Notes: generated by a model from the sequence alone, not told the origin. A DNA stretch of 13,552 nucleotides from Myxococcota bacterium (GCA_036339465.1 JAYZAY010000029.1:1-13552), one strand, 5' to 3'. Counted from the first letter of the stretch, positions 1-7,578 are shown. Numbers and translations are program-made.

Positions 1-56
1 TTGATTTGTTGGGCCGGCAACCAACCCTTTGGGGCCCACTTTATTGCTACAGTCGC

Positions 57-69
57 GGGGGGGGGGGGG
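57..69. repeat. Homopolymer G13 tract
   Basis: Seen in sequence: 13 consecutive G at 57-69, about 150 nt upstream of the hemolysin III gene. Confidence 0.9.
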
Positions 70-220
70 ATTTCGGGAAACATGCAATTGAATGGAAATT
101 AGGCGTTAACAACCAAGAAAAATGTGACTACAGACAACGAATATAGTAATGATTGCAGAAAATAGATAACCCCGTGTAACTCAAAGCTGCCGCCCCTTTT
201 TTGAATCCAGGAATCCCTCA

Positions 221-865
221 ATGTCGACTGCCATTTTTCGTGAGCCTTTCAATGGCCTTAGCCATCTTGCAGCGACCATCATGGCCATTGCCGGGTTATG
301 CCTGCTCGTGGCTCAAGCCGCTCTACACGGCGATATGTGGCACATTGTCTCATTCTCTATTTTTGGTGCGTGTATGATTCTAATGTTTGCATGTAGCACG
401 CTCTATCACCTGATTCTCGCCGGCGAAAAAGGACTACTAATCCTGAAACGCTTTGATCATATGGCCATCTTTATGATGATTGCCGGCACCTACACACCCA
501 TGTGCCTCGTGCCCCTACGCGGGAGCATTGGGTGGACATTATTGGGTATTATTTGGGGACTGGCCCTACTGGGTATTGTATTGAAAGCCGTTTGGATCGG
601 TGCACCGCGCTGGTCGTCGACGCTCATTTATCTTGCCATGGGCTGGAGCTGTGTTTTCACATTTTCTCCCATGGTAAATAATCTTCCTGAACAGTCTTTA
701 GCCTGGCTGGTCTGCGGGGGTGTGTTCTATACCTTAGGAGCCCTTATCTATGGCATTAAGTGGCCCAACCCCAAACCTCCCCATTTTGGTTTCCATGAAA
801 TCTGGCATTTGTTTGTCATTGGCGGAGCATTCAGTCATTTTATGACCGTGTTCTATTTACTCTAA
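221..865 (+). CDS. Hemolysin III / PAQR-family (CREST superfamily) membrane protein, 214 aa
   Basis: About 7 hydrophobic segments and the family motifs EPFNGLSH, STLYH, RFDHMAIF..IAGTYTP and HEIWHLFV..G...H. AGGA lies upstream of the ATG. Confidence 0.95.
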   Translation: MSTAIFREPFNGLSHLAATIMAIAGLCLLVAQAALHGDMWHIVSFSIFGACMILMFACSTLYHLILAGEKGLLILKRFDHMAIFMMIAGTYTPMCLVPLRGSIGWTLLGIIWGLALLGIVLKAVWIGAPRWSSTLIYLAMGWSCVFTFSPMVNNLPEQSLAWLVCGGVFYTLGALIYGIKWPNPKPPHFGFHEIWHLFVIGGAFSHFMTVFYLL

Positions 866-1737
866 TTCAGGGCGATAAAACGCCACACACTCAACGATTC
901 AGTCGCAAGTATTTCTATCCAACAACGTTGTGAATATTTTTCAGCCCTGAAAATCTCCGCTGTCGACATGGTTGGTCTTAGGTATAAATACAAGGAGTAG
1001 CGAAAGAATACTTGAATCCATGAAACAACCACTTGCCGGGGGGATCACCAACAATCCGCGCATAGACCGTGGCCAAAAAACCTCAGAGAGAGGTCCCCGC
1101 GCATATTTACCTTAAATTATTTGGCCATGACGAGCCCCTTTAGACGACACTTGAGCTCCGCATTATCTATACCCTGTCAATACTTTTCAGAAACGACAAA
1201 AAATTGAGACTAAAACGACTACAATGGTAGCCCTATCCTTCTTACAAACGGCTTTAACGCTACAATTGGGCTTTTATCCTTGGCGCTTTGGTCTGTGTCC
1301 AAGACTTCGATTGGATAGGAACTATCCCTAATATCAACCAACCCGTTACAAGCGTTCAATCACATATGCGCCCGCTGGAGCCCCCTGGTGACTCGCGCAT
1401 TCTCCTAACCAAAATTTGAAGATATTGCGCTTCCGAGCGGCATTCGAAAAATACTATTGTTCATATCGCAATTTTTTTACGGTGCAGGCTATCGGCAAAC
1501 AAAGTCATAAACTTCTTGTATTGAGTACCTGAATCATTTTGCAACACAGACAAGTTAGCTGGAATAAGGGCCAGTGAAAAAAGAGAGAGCACACCGAAGC
1601 ATTTCCCCTTCGATAAAAAACATCTTTGCATGTATACCGTGCAAACCCATCAATTGAACCGCCAAGATACTTAATTGACCCGCAGGGGAGCAATCACATA
1701 GACAGTGCCGCGCCAAATTCATCGATGGGGAGACACC

Positions 1738-2841
1738 ATGGAATCAGAGACAAAGCTCAAGAGCGAAATAAATCTTTTCTCAGCGAAAGAAGCCATAGAG
1801 AATGCCTCCACGCCACCGGCTTCCTGGTACACGTGGCCAGGCTTCTTCGAACTTGAAAAAGAAACCGTCTTTCGCAAACATTGGCTGATTGTGGGGCGAA
1901 CCGATCAATTGCTCGAGTCCGGTGATTATTTCTCGGGAATATTCTTGGGTTGGCCCTATCTCATAACCAAGGATGACGAGGGAAACCTTCGCGCCTTTTA
2001 CAATGTATGTTCGCATCATGGCGCCTGTATTGCTCCTGGCGAAGGTCGGACGAAACAATTTGTTTGCCCCTATCACGGCTGGAGCTATGATCTCCGTGGT
2101 CAACTCAAGAAAGCGCCCCGCGCAGGTGCCATACAGGCTTTGAAAAGCCGCAATGTCGATTTGAAAGGAATCCCTGTGGACACATTTGGTCCTTTCATTG
2201 CGCTCCATTTTGGCCAACCCTCTTCTTGCTTAAAGCAAGAGTTAGAGTCTCTACACGGAAGTTTTATCTCCGACCCCTTTCATAATCTCAAATTTGTCCG
2301 GCAACTGACCTATTCCATCGATTGTAATTGGAAAGTCTTCGTCGACAACTATTTAGACGGTGGTTACCACGTTGCGCACATGCATCCCGGACTTAATGAC
2401 CAATTGGATTTTTCTTCCTACCAAAGCACTCTTGGAGAATGCTGGGCCGTGCAATCATGTAAAACCGCTCCTTCCGACGCCGACAAATTCTCAAAAGACT
2501 TTGGTGACCGAGTGGGCGACCATGCCGATTATGCTTGGGTATATCCGAATTTCATGATGAACCGATATGGCCCCTGGATGGACACAAACACAGTCATTCC
2601 TGTTTCTCCCGATCGATGTAGGGTCATCTTCGACTACTACCACGAGGGAACTCCCGACCAGGACTTCCTCGAAAAATCCATGATTGCATCGGATCAAGTG
2701 CAGCAAGAAGATATTGAGATTTGCCATTTAGTCCAAACTGGCCTCGGCTCCGGCATCTATAACCAGGGCCTCTACGCATCGCGATTTGAGATGCCTATGC
2801 TCCATTTCCATCGCTTATTACACCGTGACTTTCAGCGCTAA
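1738..2841 (+). CDS. Rieske [2Fe-2S] non-heme iron oxygenase alpha subunit, choline monooxygenase-like, 367 aa
   Basis: Rieske motif CSHH-x-CPYHGW and mononuclear Fe motif NWKVFVDNYLDGGYHVAHMH with a downstream QEDIEIC Asp. I moved the start to ATG 1738 because a GGGGAG RBS precedes it (the ORF track starts at GTG 1705). The substrate is inferred. Confidence 0.93.
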   Translation: MESETKLKSEINLFSAKEAIENASTPPASWYTWPGFFELEKETVFRKHWLIVGRTDQLLESGDYFSGIFLGWPYLITKDDEGNLRAFYNVCSHHGACIAPGEGRTKQFVCPYHGWSYDLRGQLKKAPRAGAIQALKSRNVDLKGIPVDTFGPFIALHFGQPSSCLKQELESLHGSFISDPFHNLKFVRQLTYSIDCNWKVFVDNYLDGGYHVAHMHPGLNDQLDFSSYQSTLGECWAVQSCKTAPSDADKFSKDFGDRVGDHADYAWVYPNFMMNRYGPWMDTNTVIPVSPDRCRVIFDYYHEGTPDQDFLEKSMIASDQVQQEDIEICHLVQTGLGSGIYNQGLYASRFEMPMLHFHRLLHRDFQR

Positions 2842-2850
2842 GCGAGGAAA

Positions 2851-2907
2851 GACAGAACAGAAAAGTTGGCCTAGAGCATGGCGGGCATGATTTTTTCTGT
2901 TTTTGTC
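2851..2907 (+). terminator. Imperfect inverted repeat just after the Rieske gene; possible terminator or 3' stem
   Basis: GACAGAACAGAAAA (2851-2864) pairs with TTTTCTGTTTTTGTC (2893-2907) with one bulge and a G-U pair. It starts 10 nt after the stop codon. Confidence 0.45.
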
Positions 2908-2923
2908 CTACCCACTTCACCTA

Positions 2924-2988
2924 CCATTACCCAATTACCCAATTACCCAATTACCCAATTACCCAGCTACCCAATTACCCAGCTACCC
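2924..2988. repeat. Octamer tandem repeat CCA(AT/GC)TAC: 7 full units plus one degenerate unit
   Basis: CCAATTAC x4 (2931-2962), CCAGCTAC (2963-2970), CCAATTAC (2971-2978), CCAGCTAC (2979-2986), preceded by CCATTAC (2924-2930). Confidence 0.95.
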
Positions 2989-3091
2989 GGTCATAACGCC
3001 CCCCCCTTTGAACTTTCGAGGCTTTAACACGATACTTTATTGGGAATTCAAGACTCCGCTTCTCCTTACGCATTACAACACCGGTGGTCAC

Positions 3092-3128
3092 ATGATTTCC
3101 TGAGTCAAGTGTTGACTCAGGAAATCAT
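3092..3128. repeat. Perfect 17-bp inverted repeat with a 3-nt loop
   Basis: ATGATTTCCTGAGTCAA (3092-3108) - GTG - TTGACTCAGGAAATCAT (3112-3128). Confidence 0.95.
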
Positions 3129-3177
3129 ATCGCCCCATCCCTCTCTTTAGGAGTTACATTGGGCCCTCCGCCTCAGC

Positions 3178-3217
3178 ATTATTTCCAAAACAACGGACCC
3201 GTTGGATTGGAAATAAT
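3178..3217. repeat. Long hairpin: 11-bp outer stem, 2x2 internal loop, 5-6-bp inner stem
   Basis: ATTATTTCCAA-aa-CAACG-gacc-CGTTG-ga-TTGGAAATAAT. Confidence 0.9.
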
Positions 3218-3289
3218 AAGATGAATTTGGCAAATGAGTTTGGTTCTCAAAACATTGCTGCCAGTGCCGCACAGTTTAATTGGGCAATT

Positions 3290-3321
3290 CTCTTAGAGAT
3301 TGAGTATCCCGTCTCTAAGAG
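3290..3321. repeat. 10-bp inverted repeat with a 12-nt loop
   Basis: CTCTTAGAGA (3290-3299) ... TCTCTAAGAG (3312-3321). Confidence 0.85.
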
Positions 3322-3603
3322 CACGTTACAAATCCCCAATATATCCAGATTGATGAGCGTAAACTTCAAGCAAACGCAGGAAGTGATAGGGCACTGCGTC
3401 ATACCTGCTTTCGGATCCAGGGATGAAACCCAGTGCCTAGGAGATACCCTCGTTTTAGAATGAAGCGATTGTTTCTTGGGAAATTGCTCTTCTGTGTTAC
3501 GTCGTTTTATCCATTGGGAGTCCTAGTGTCGGATATGCTCCATATTTATGGCCAACGTCGTAAGGCGCTAATAATAGACGCTTTTTTTTACCTACGATTG
3601 ACA

Positions 3604-3630
3604 CAACTTTTTCGCCTCAGGAACCGATAA
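3604..3630 (+). promoter_or_regulatory. Possible sigma-28 (FliA)-like promoter for the ankyrin gene
   Basis: CAACTTTT-N11-ACCGATAA compared with the consensus TAAAGTTT-N11-GCCGATAA (5/8 and 7/8 matches), 81 nt upstream of ATG 3712. Confidence 0.25.
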
Positions 3631-3711
3631 CTGAAGTACGAATCTAAACGATTAAGGGATCCGCTTCAAATCCTGGACGGGTGCTCGAAAATTATTGCTT
3701 GGGGATTAATC

Positions 3712-4716
3712 ATGATACGTCGCATTTTCGGATTCTCGGAATCACAAAAGCCACCTAAGGCTCCTGAACAACTTCATGCACAGCCTTTGGCCTCGCAGCC
3801 AGCAGGGCCTCGTTATTCAATCGCCCCCATGGATACGCCCGCCCCTTCGGGGAGAGTCGTATCTCATCGCACAGTAACTTGTGCCATTCCGAGTTATCCA
3901 ATACTGACCGATGCTCCTACGTATGGCGGAGGACTAAAATTAGTCACCTCGACAATGGTGCTTCAATCTCCACAAAGATTTTCTTTGAGAGAACCGCGCC
4001 CTTCGGGTTACGGCGATCCTGTAGGTCAGCCGCGTCACTATTATCAACCGAAGGTTTCGCAGGTTTCTGACCATTCCTATCAACCACCGACCATGGTGAC
4101 TTCCGTTCATGGGCCCCAACCTTCGTCTCTGCTCCCATCTCTTGATTGTGGACAAGACGAAAATCGAATGCCCCCCTATGCGCCCGGCTACGATGACCAT
4201 GGCATGCCATTGCCTTCAGCTCCGCCTCTGCCACTGTCCGCCGACGCTAAACACCCCCCAAAAGGACAACGCCCTCAAACTGTGGCGGCTGAAAATCATA
4301 AACCGGTAGCTCCCGAAACAACAACGGAAACCTCAACAAAAACAAGACCTAGCCTTGCTGAGGTCAAAGCGGTTTTTAGCTTAGCCCGTCATGGAAAATA
4401 TCACCAATTGGCTGAAGCGCTTGATGCCGGACGAATCGCGGTTTCGTCTAAAGACCGTTTTGGAAATACCCTTCTGCATATTGCCGCCCAAAATGGCTTT
4501 GCCCAAAACGGAAAGCGGGTTTTAAAAACAATACTAAGACGCTGTACGGCGCTAGATCTCAATGCCCAAAACAATCAAGGTCAAACTCCGCTTCATTTTG
4601 CATACGCTTATAAATACACAGATTGTGCTATCTACTTAGTGTCAAAAGGAGCATCGAAGATGCTGCGTAATCGTGATGGTCTCTTGCCTAGGGAAGGTCT
4701 GAGGGCAAAAGCTTAA
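3712..4716 (+). CDS. Ankyrin-repeat protein with a ~215-aa Pro/Ser/Thr-rich, probably disordered N-terminus, 334 aa
   Basis: Ankyrin motifs DRFGNTLLHIAAQNG and NAQNNQGQTPLHFAYAY...YLVSKGA in the last ~115 aa. GGGGA RBS lies upstream of the ATG. Confidence 0.9.
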   Translation: MIRRIFGFSESQKPPKAPEQLHAQPLASQPAGPRYSIAPMDTPAPSGRVVSHRTVTCAIPSYPILTDAPTYGGGLKLVTSTMVLQSPQRFSLREPRPSGYGDPVGQPRHYYQPKVSQVSDHSYQPPTMVTSVHGPQPSSLLPSLDCGQDENRMPPYAPGYDDHGMPLPSAPPLPLSADAKHPPKGQRPQTVAAENHKPVAPETTTETSTKTRPSLAEVKAVFSLARHGKYHQLAEALDAGRIAVSSKDRFGNTLLHIAAQNGFAQNGKRVLKTILRRCTALDLNAQNNQGQTPLHFAYAYKYTDCAIYLVSKGASKMLRNRDGLLPREGLRAKA

Positions 4717-5412
4717 GTCATACCCTGCTGCAGAGTGGCAATGACACTATATGACAAAGGCGATATCAAGTTACGGGGCCCTAGGATAAATCGGCATTGT
4801 CAGCTAAACAACCACCAATAACGACGGGTTCTTCTCCTAGACAGTGGGCCGCTCTCTACGGTAAACAAGCCTCTGCTTCCAAGCCCACAGGTTCTGGAAC
4901 TCGAAGAGCTATGAACGACTGTTCAACTAAAATGCTACTGGGAGCTTTAAACCCCAGTTAGCCCCAATAGTCTGAGTAGGCAATGTATTCATCTTCCCCT
5001 TCCCTGCCCAAAAATCGCCCAATTATTCCCCGAAACCCGCACAAAAATCCACAAAACATAGAGCAAACCCAGTATCCATTAGCGATGACATGGCACAACA
5101 CCTACGCATCAATACAAGCTTGTCACTAATTCGGTGGATGTCTCAATTCGGCCCTTGACTTCTAAGTTAAAGAACTCCTCCAGCTGACCGCTTGACACTT
5201 CCCCCGGGACAAGAAACTAAAATATCGGCACAATCCAAGTAATGGCGACAAGCATCAATTCGCGTCTTTCCAAAAGAGCCGTTTAGGGTTTCATCTCCCA
5301 AGTAGCTACAGCCATGGCTCTGGCAATAGGCTGGGGGGGCTGCTAAACTCTGGGTGCTAGAGCTAGGAGGTTTGCGTAGAATCACCGCCAGCTCCAGGAA
5401 GGACGAACGCTC

Positions 5413-6345
5413 GTGGATCGTGCCAGTCTCACAGGGGTTGCGTTGGTGACAGTTGCCATTCTCGGTGGCTTTGTCATGGAGGGTGGCCGCCTCGAATCCA
5501 TCATACAGCCCACCGCCGGCCTACTTGTGTTTGGTGGTACCATCGGCGCCCTCTTTTTGCAGTTTCCAATGGAACATATACTTTTAGCCACGCGAGACCT
5601 ACGCACTGTATTTGTGCACGTTGAACAGACGCCCCTCCGCAAACTCATGGATCTTATGCTCGTCTTGGCCAAAAAAGCGCACCGCGATGGCCTCCACCAG
5701 CTAGAGGATGAGATCGAAAACATAGATGAACCATTCTTGCATAAGGCTCTGCTCATAGCCGTTGATGGTTCCAGTGCCGACTCTTTGAGACATTCCCTCG
5801 AACTAGAGATGGACGCCATTGCAGAGCAAAGCGACTTGGGGGCTAGGGTATTTGAAGCTGGCGGTGGTTATGCCCCCACCATAGGAATTCTCGGTGCCGT
5901 ACTAGGACTCATCCACGTGATGGAAAAACTCACAGAACCGGAAAAACTTGGTGGTGGGATTGCCGTGGCATTTGTGGCCACCATCTACGGCGTGGGATTG
6001 GCCAACCTGATTCTTCTTCCTATGGCCGGAAAAATTCGGGTTCGTAATCAGGCGATATGGCAGCGCCATGAGTTAATCGTAGAAGCGATTGTCGGTATAG
6101 CACAAGGCGAACATCCGGCGACTATTGGAGATCGCCTAGAAGGCCTAATCGACCAGGAGCAGAAACCAGAAACATCCAATAAGCCAAAAGAGCCGCCCAC
6201 GACTAAGCAAGCAGGGGCAACAACGAACACGACTCAAACCAAACAAGCCACAGGCACCGCCACACCCACAGGCAAAGAGTCTAAATCCACCCCAACAGAC
6301 AAGCCCGCAGATACACCTCAAGCCGGCGCCTCTAAGGACACTTAA
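5413..6345 (+). CDS. motA: Flagellar-type stator A subunit (MotA/MotC-like) with a ~60-aa low-complexity C-terminal tail, 310 aa
   Basis: TM1-2 (LGGFVMEGG...GGTIGA), cytoplasmic HRDGLHQLE, GGYAPTIGILGAVLGLIHVM and GIAVAFVATIYGVGLANLILLP. GTG start with AGGAAGGA upstream; motB follows directly. Confidence 0.95.
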   Translation: MDRASLTGVALVTVAILGGFVMEGGRLESIIQPTAGLLVFGGTIGALFLQFPMEHILLATRDLRTVFVHVEQTPLRKLMDLMLVLAKKAHRDGLHQLEDEIENIDEPFLHKALLIAVDGSSADSLRHSLELEMDAIAEQSDLGARVFEAGGGYAPTIGILGAVLGLIHVMEKLTEPEKLGGGIAVAFVATIYGVGLANLILLPMAGKIRVRNQAIWQRHELIVEAIVGIAQGEHPATIGDRLEGLIDQEQKPETSNKPKEPPTTKQAGATTNTTQTKQATGTATPTGKESKSTPTDKPADTPQAGASKDT

Positions 6346-6351
6346 GAAATT

Positions 6352-7101
6352 ATGTCTCGTCGTCATAGAGGTCGTCACAAACATACTTCGGGCACAAATC
6401 ATGAACGCTGGGTCGTGTCGTATGCTGACTTTATTACGTTGCTCTTCGTGTTTTTCGCAGCACTCTACGCCATTTCAAATATAGACAAGAGCAAAGCCGT
6501 GATGGTGGCCATGTCCACTCGCGAAGCTTTCCACGACCCAGAACTCGCACAAGCCCTTCAGCAGCTTAGGGGCTTTGCAGAGCCTGTAGACAGAGCAATG
6601 CTCCAAAAAAAGACCTCAGAAGAAATAAAGGCCTACTCCGCACAAGAGCTACGAGAACTCTACAAAAACCTAAAGGCTCTCGCCGAGACTCCAACCTTTA
6701 AGACATTCGTCATTGTTCAACGTGATGAACGTGGGATGGTGATCAGCCTTGGATCCGAGGGATTCTTCAAGTCTGGTTCGGCGGACATCAAACCAAACTA
6801 TCTTAGTATTCTAGAGCTCTTTAGTGAAAAAATTGTCAAGTCAGGGCACCCCATAAGGGCAGAGGGGCACACCGATGATATTCCGATCCAAAGTTCGCGC
6901 TACCGAAACAATTGGGAGCTCTCCACTTCTCGGGCCGTGAGTGTAGTGCAGTATCTAACCGAAGTATTTAGCTATCCTGCCCACCTGCTCTCCGTAGCCG
7001 GCTATGGGGCCACTCATCCAATCGTAGAGAATGTGGATGAACAATCTAGATCCCGTAACCGACGTGTCGATCTGGTCGTCATAGTGAACAAGGAGTTTTG
7101 A
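6352..7101 (+). CDS. motB: Flagellar-type stator B subunit (MotB/MotD-like) with an OmpA-like peptidoglycan-binding domain, 249 aa
   Basis: NHERWVVSYADFITLL with the ion-binding Asp26, plus EGHTDD, NWELSTSRA and RSRNRRVDLV. Starts 6 nt after motA. Confidence 0.96.
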   Translation: MSRRHRGRHKHTSGTNHERWVVSYADFITLLFVFFAALYAISNIDKSKAVMVAMSTREAFHDPELAQALQQLRGFAEPVDRAMLQKKTSEEIKAYSAQELRELYKNLKALAETPTFKTFVIVQRDERGMVISLGSEGFFKSGSADIKPNYLSILELFSEKIVKSGHPIRAEGHTDDIPIQSSRYRNNWELSTSRAVSVVQYLTEVFSYPAHLLSVAGYGATHPIVENVDEQSRSRNRRVDLVVIVNKEF

Positions 7102-7161
7102 GGCTCAACATGAACCGAAGAAAATCATTTTTTGATGTTCTTGCCTTTTTTTGGGGGGCAT

Positions 7162-7578
7162 CTAATCATCCCCATTCTCATCATCTTCTACTGGGGCAGG
7201 AAGAGGACCCGTGGTTCGAATGCGAGTACCGTGTCGGATGCTCATGATGACTTCATCCGGTGTAACATTAGGAGGCAAATAGCTGCCTGAGATGATCGAA
7301 TCGTGAAAACTACAACCTTCGAGATCATGTGCTCGAAGGTCAACCCCACGTAAATCAGCCCCTCGAAGATAAGAGCCTTGAATATTGATTCGCCGCATGT
7401 CGACCCGCCGAAAATCAACGCCCCGCAGGCTACATCCTGAAAAATCAACTTCTTTCATTCCCTCGATTTTCTGATGAAACCGATCGATTTCGTGATTGTG
7501 CAAAAGATGAAAAGCCTCTTTGTCCTTGGGTTCACGAAATCGCCGGTGAGTCGACTTATCGGTCTTGCTTTTGGCCAT
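7162..7578 (-). CDS. Short pentapeptide-repeat protein, 138 aa
   Basis: Repeats VDFSG-CSLRG-VDFRR-VDMRR-INIQG-SYLRG-ADLRG-VDLRA-HDLEG and a C-terminal GSYLPPNVTPDEVIMSIRHGTRIR typical of the short proteobacterial family. I set the start at ATG 7578 behind a GAGGTGG RBS. Confidence 0.9.
   Translation of the reverse strand: MAKSKTDKSTHRRFREPKDKEAFHLLHNHEIDRFHQKIEGMKEVDFSGCSLRGVDFRRVDMRRINIQGSYLRGADLRGVDLRAHDLEGCSFHDSIISGSYLPPNVTPDEVIMSIRHGTRIRTTGPLPAPVEDDENGDD

Noticed and set aside
980..1080. Minus-strand peptide GDPPGKWLFHG resembling the multicopper oxidase motif NPGxWxxHCH
   Set aside because: The Cys/His ligands are missing, and the frame is short with no start.
1575..1610. Glycine-riboswitch-like words (GAGAG…CACCGAAG) upstream of the Rieske gene
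   Set aside because: The downstream CTCTCAGG element and the supporting stems are absent.
2924..2988. CRISPR array
   Set aside because: The units are contiguous 8-mers with no spacers, and there are no cas genes.
2903..3103. 66-aa ORF with PNYP/PSYP repeats as a RiPP precursor
   Set aside because: The periodicity is just the translation of an 8-bp (non-triplet) DNA repeat. It has a TTG start, no RBS and no modifying enzymes nearby.
3092..3321. Integron attC sites or retron msr-msd as an explanation for the hairpins
   Set aside because: There are no RYYYAAC/GTTRRRY core boxes framing the stems, no cassette ORFs between them, and no integrase or reverse transcriptase in the window.
5413..7101. 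Zorya (ZorA/ZorB) anti-phage system, suggested by a MotA-like protein with a tail
   Set aside because: Both proteins carry flagellar MotC/MotD-type motifs, the tail is only ~60 aa of low complexity rather than a long helical tail, and no zorC/D/E genes are adjacent.
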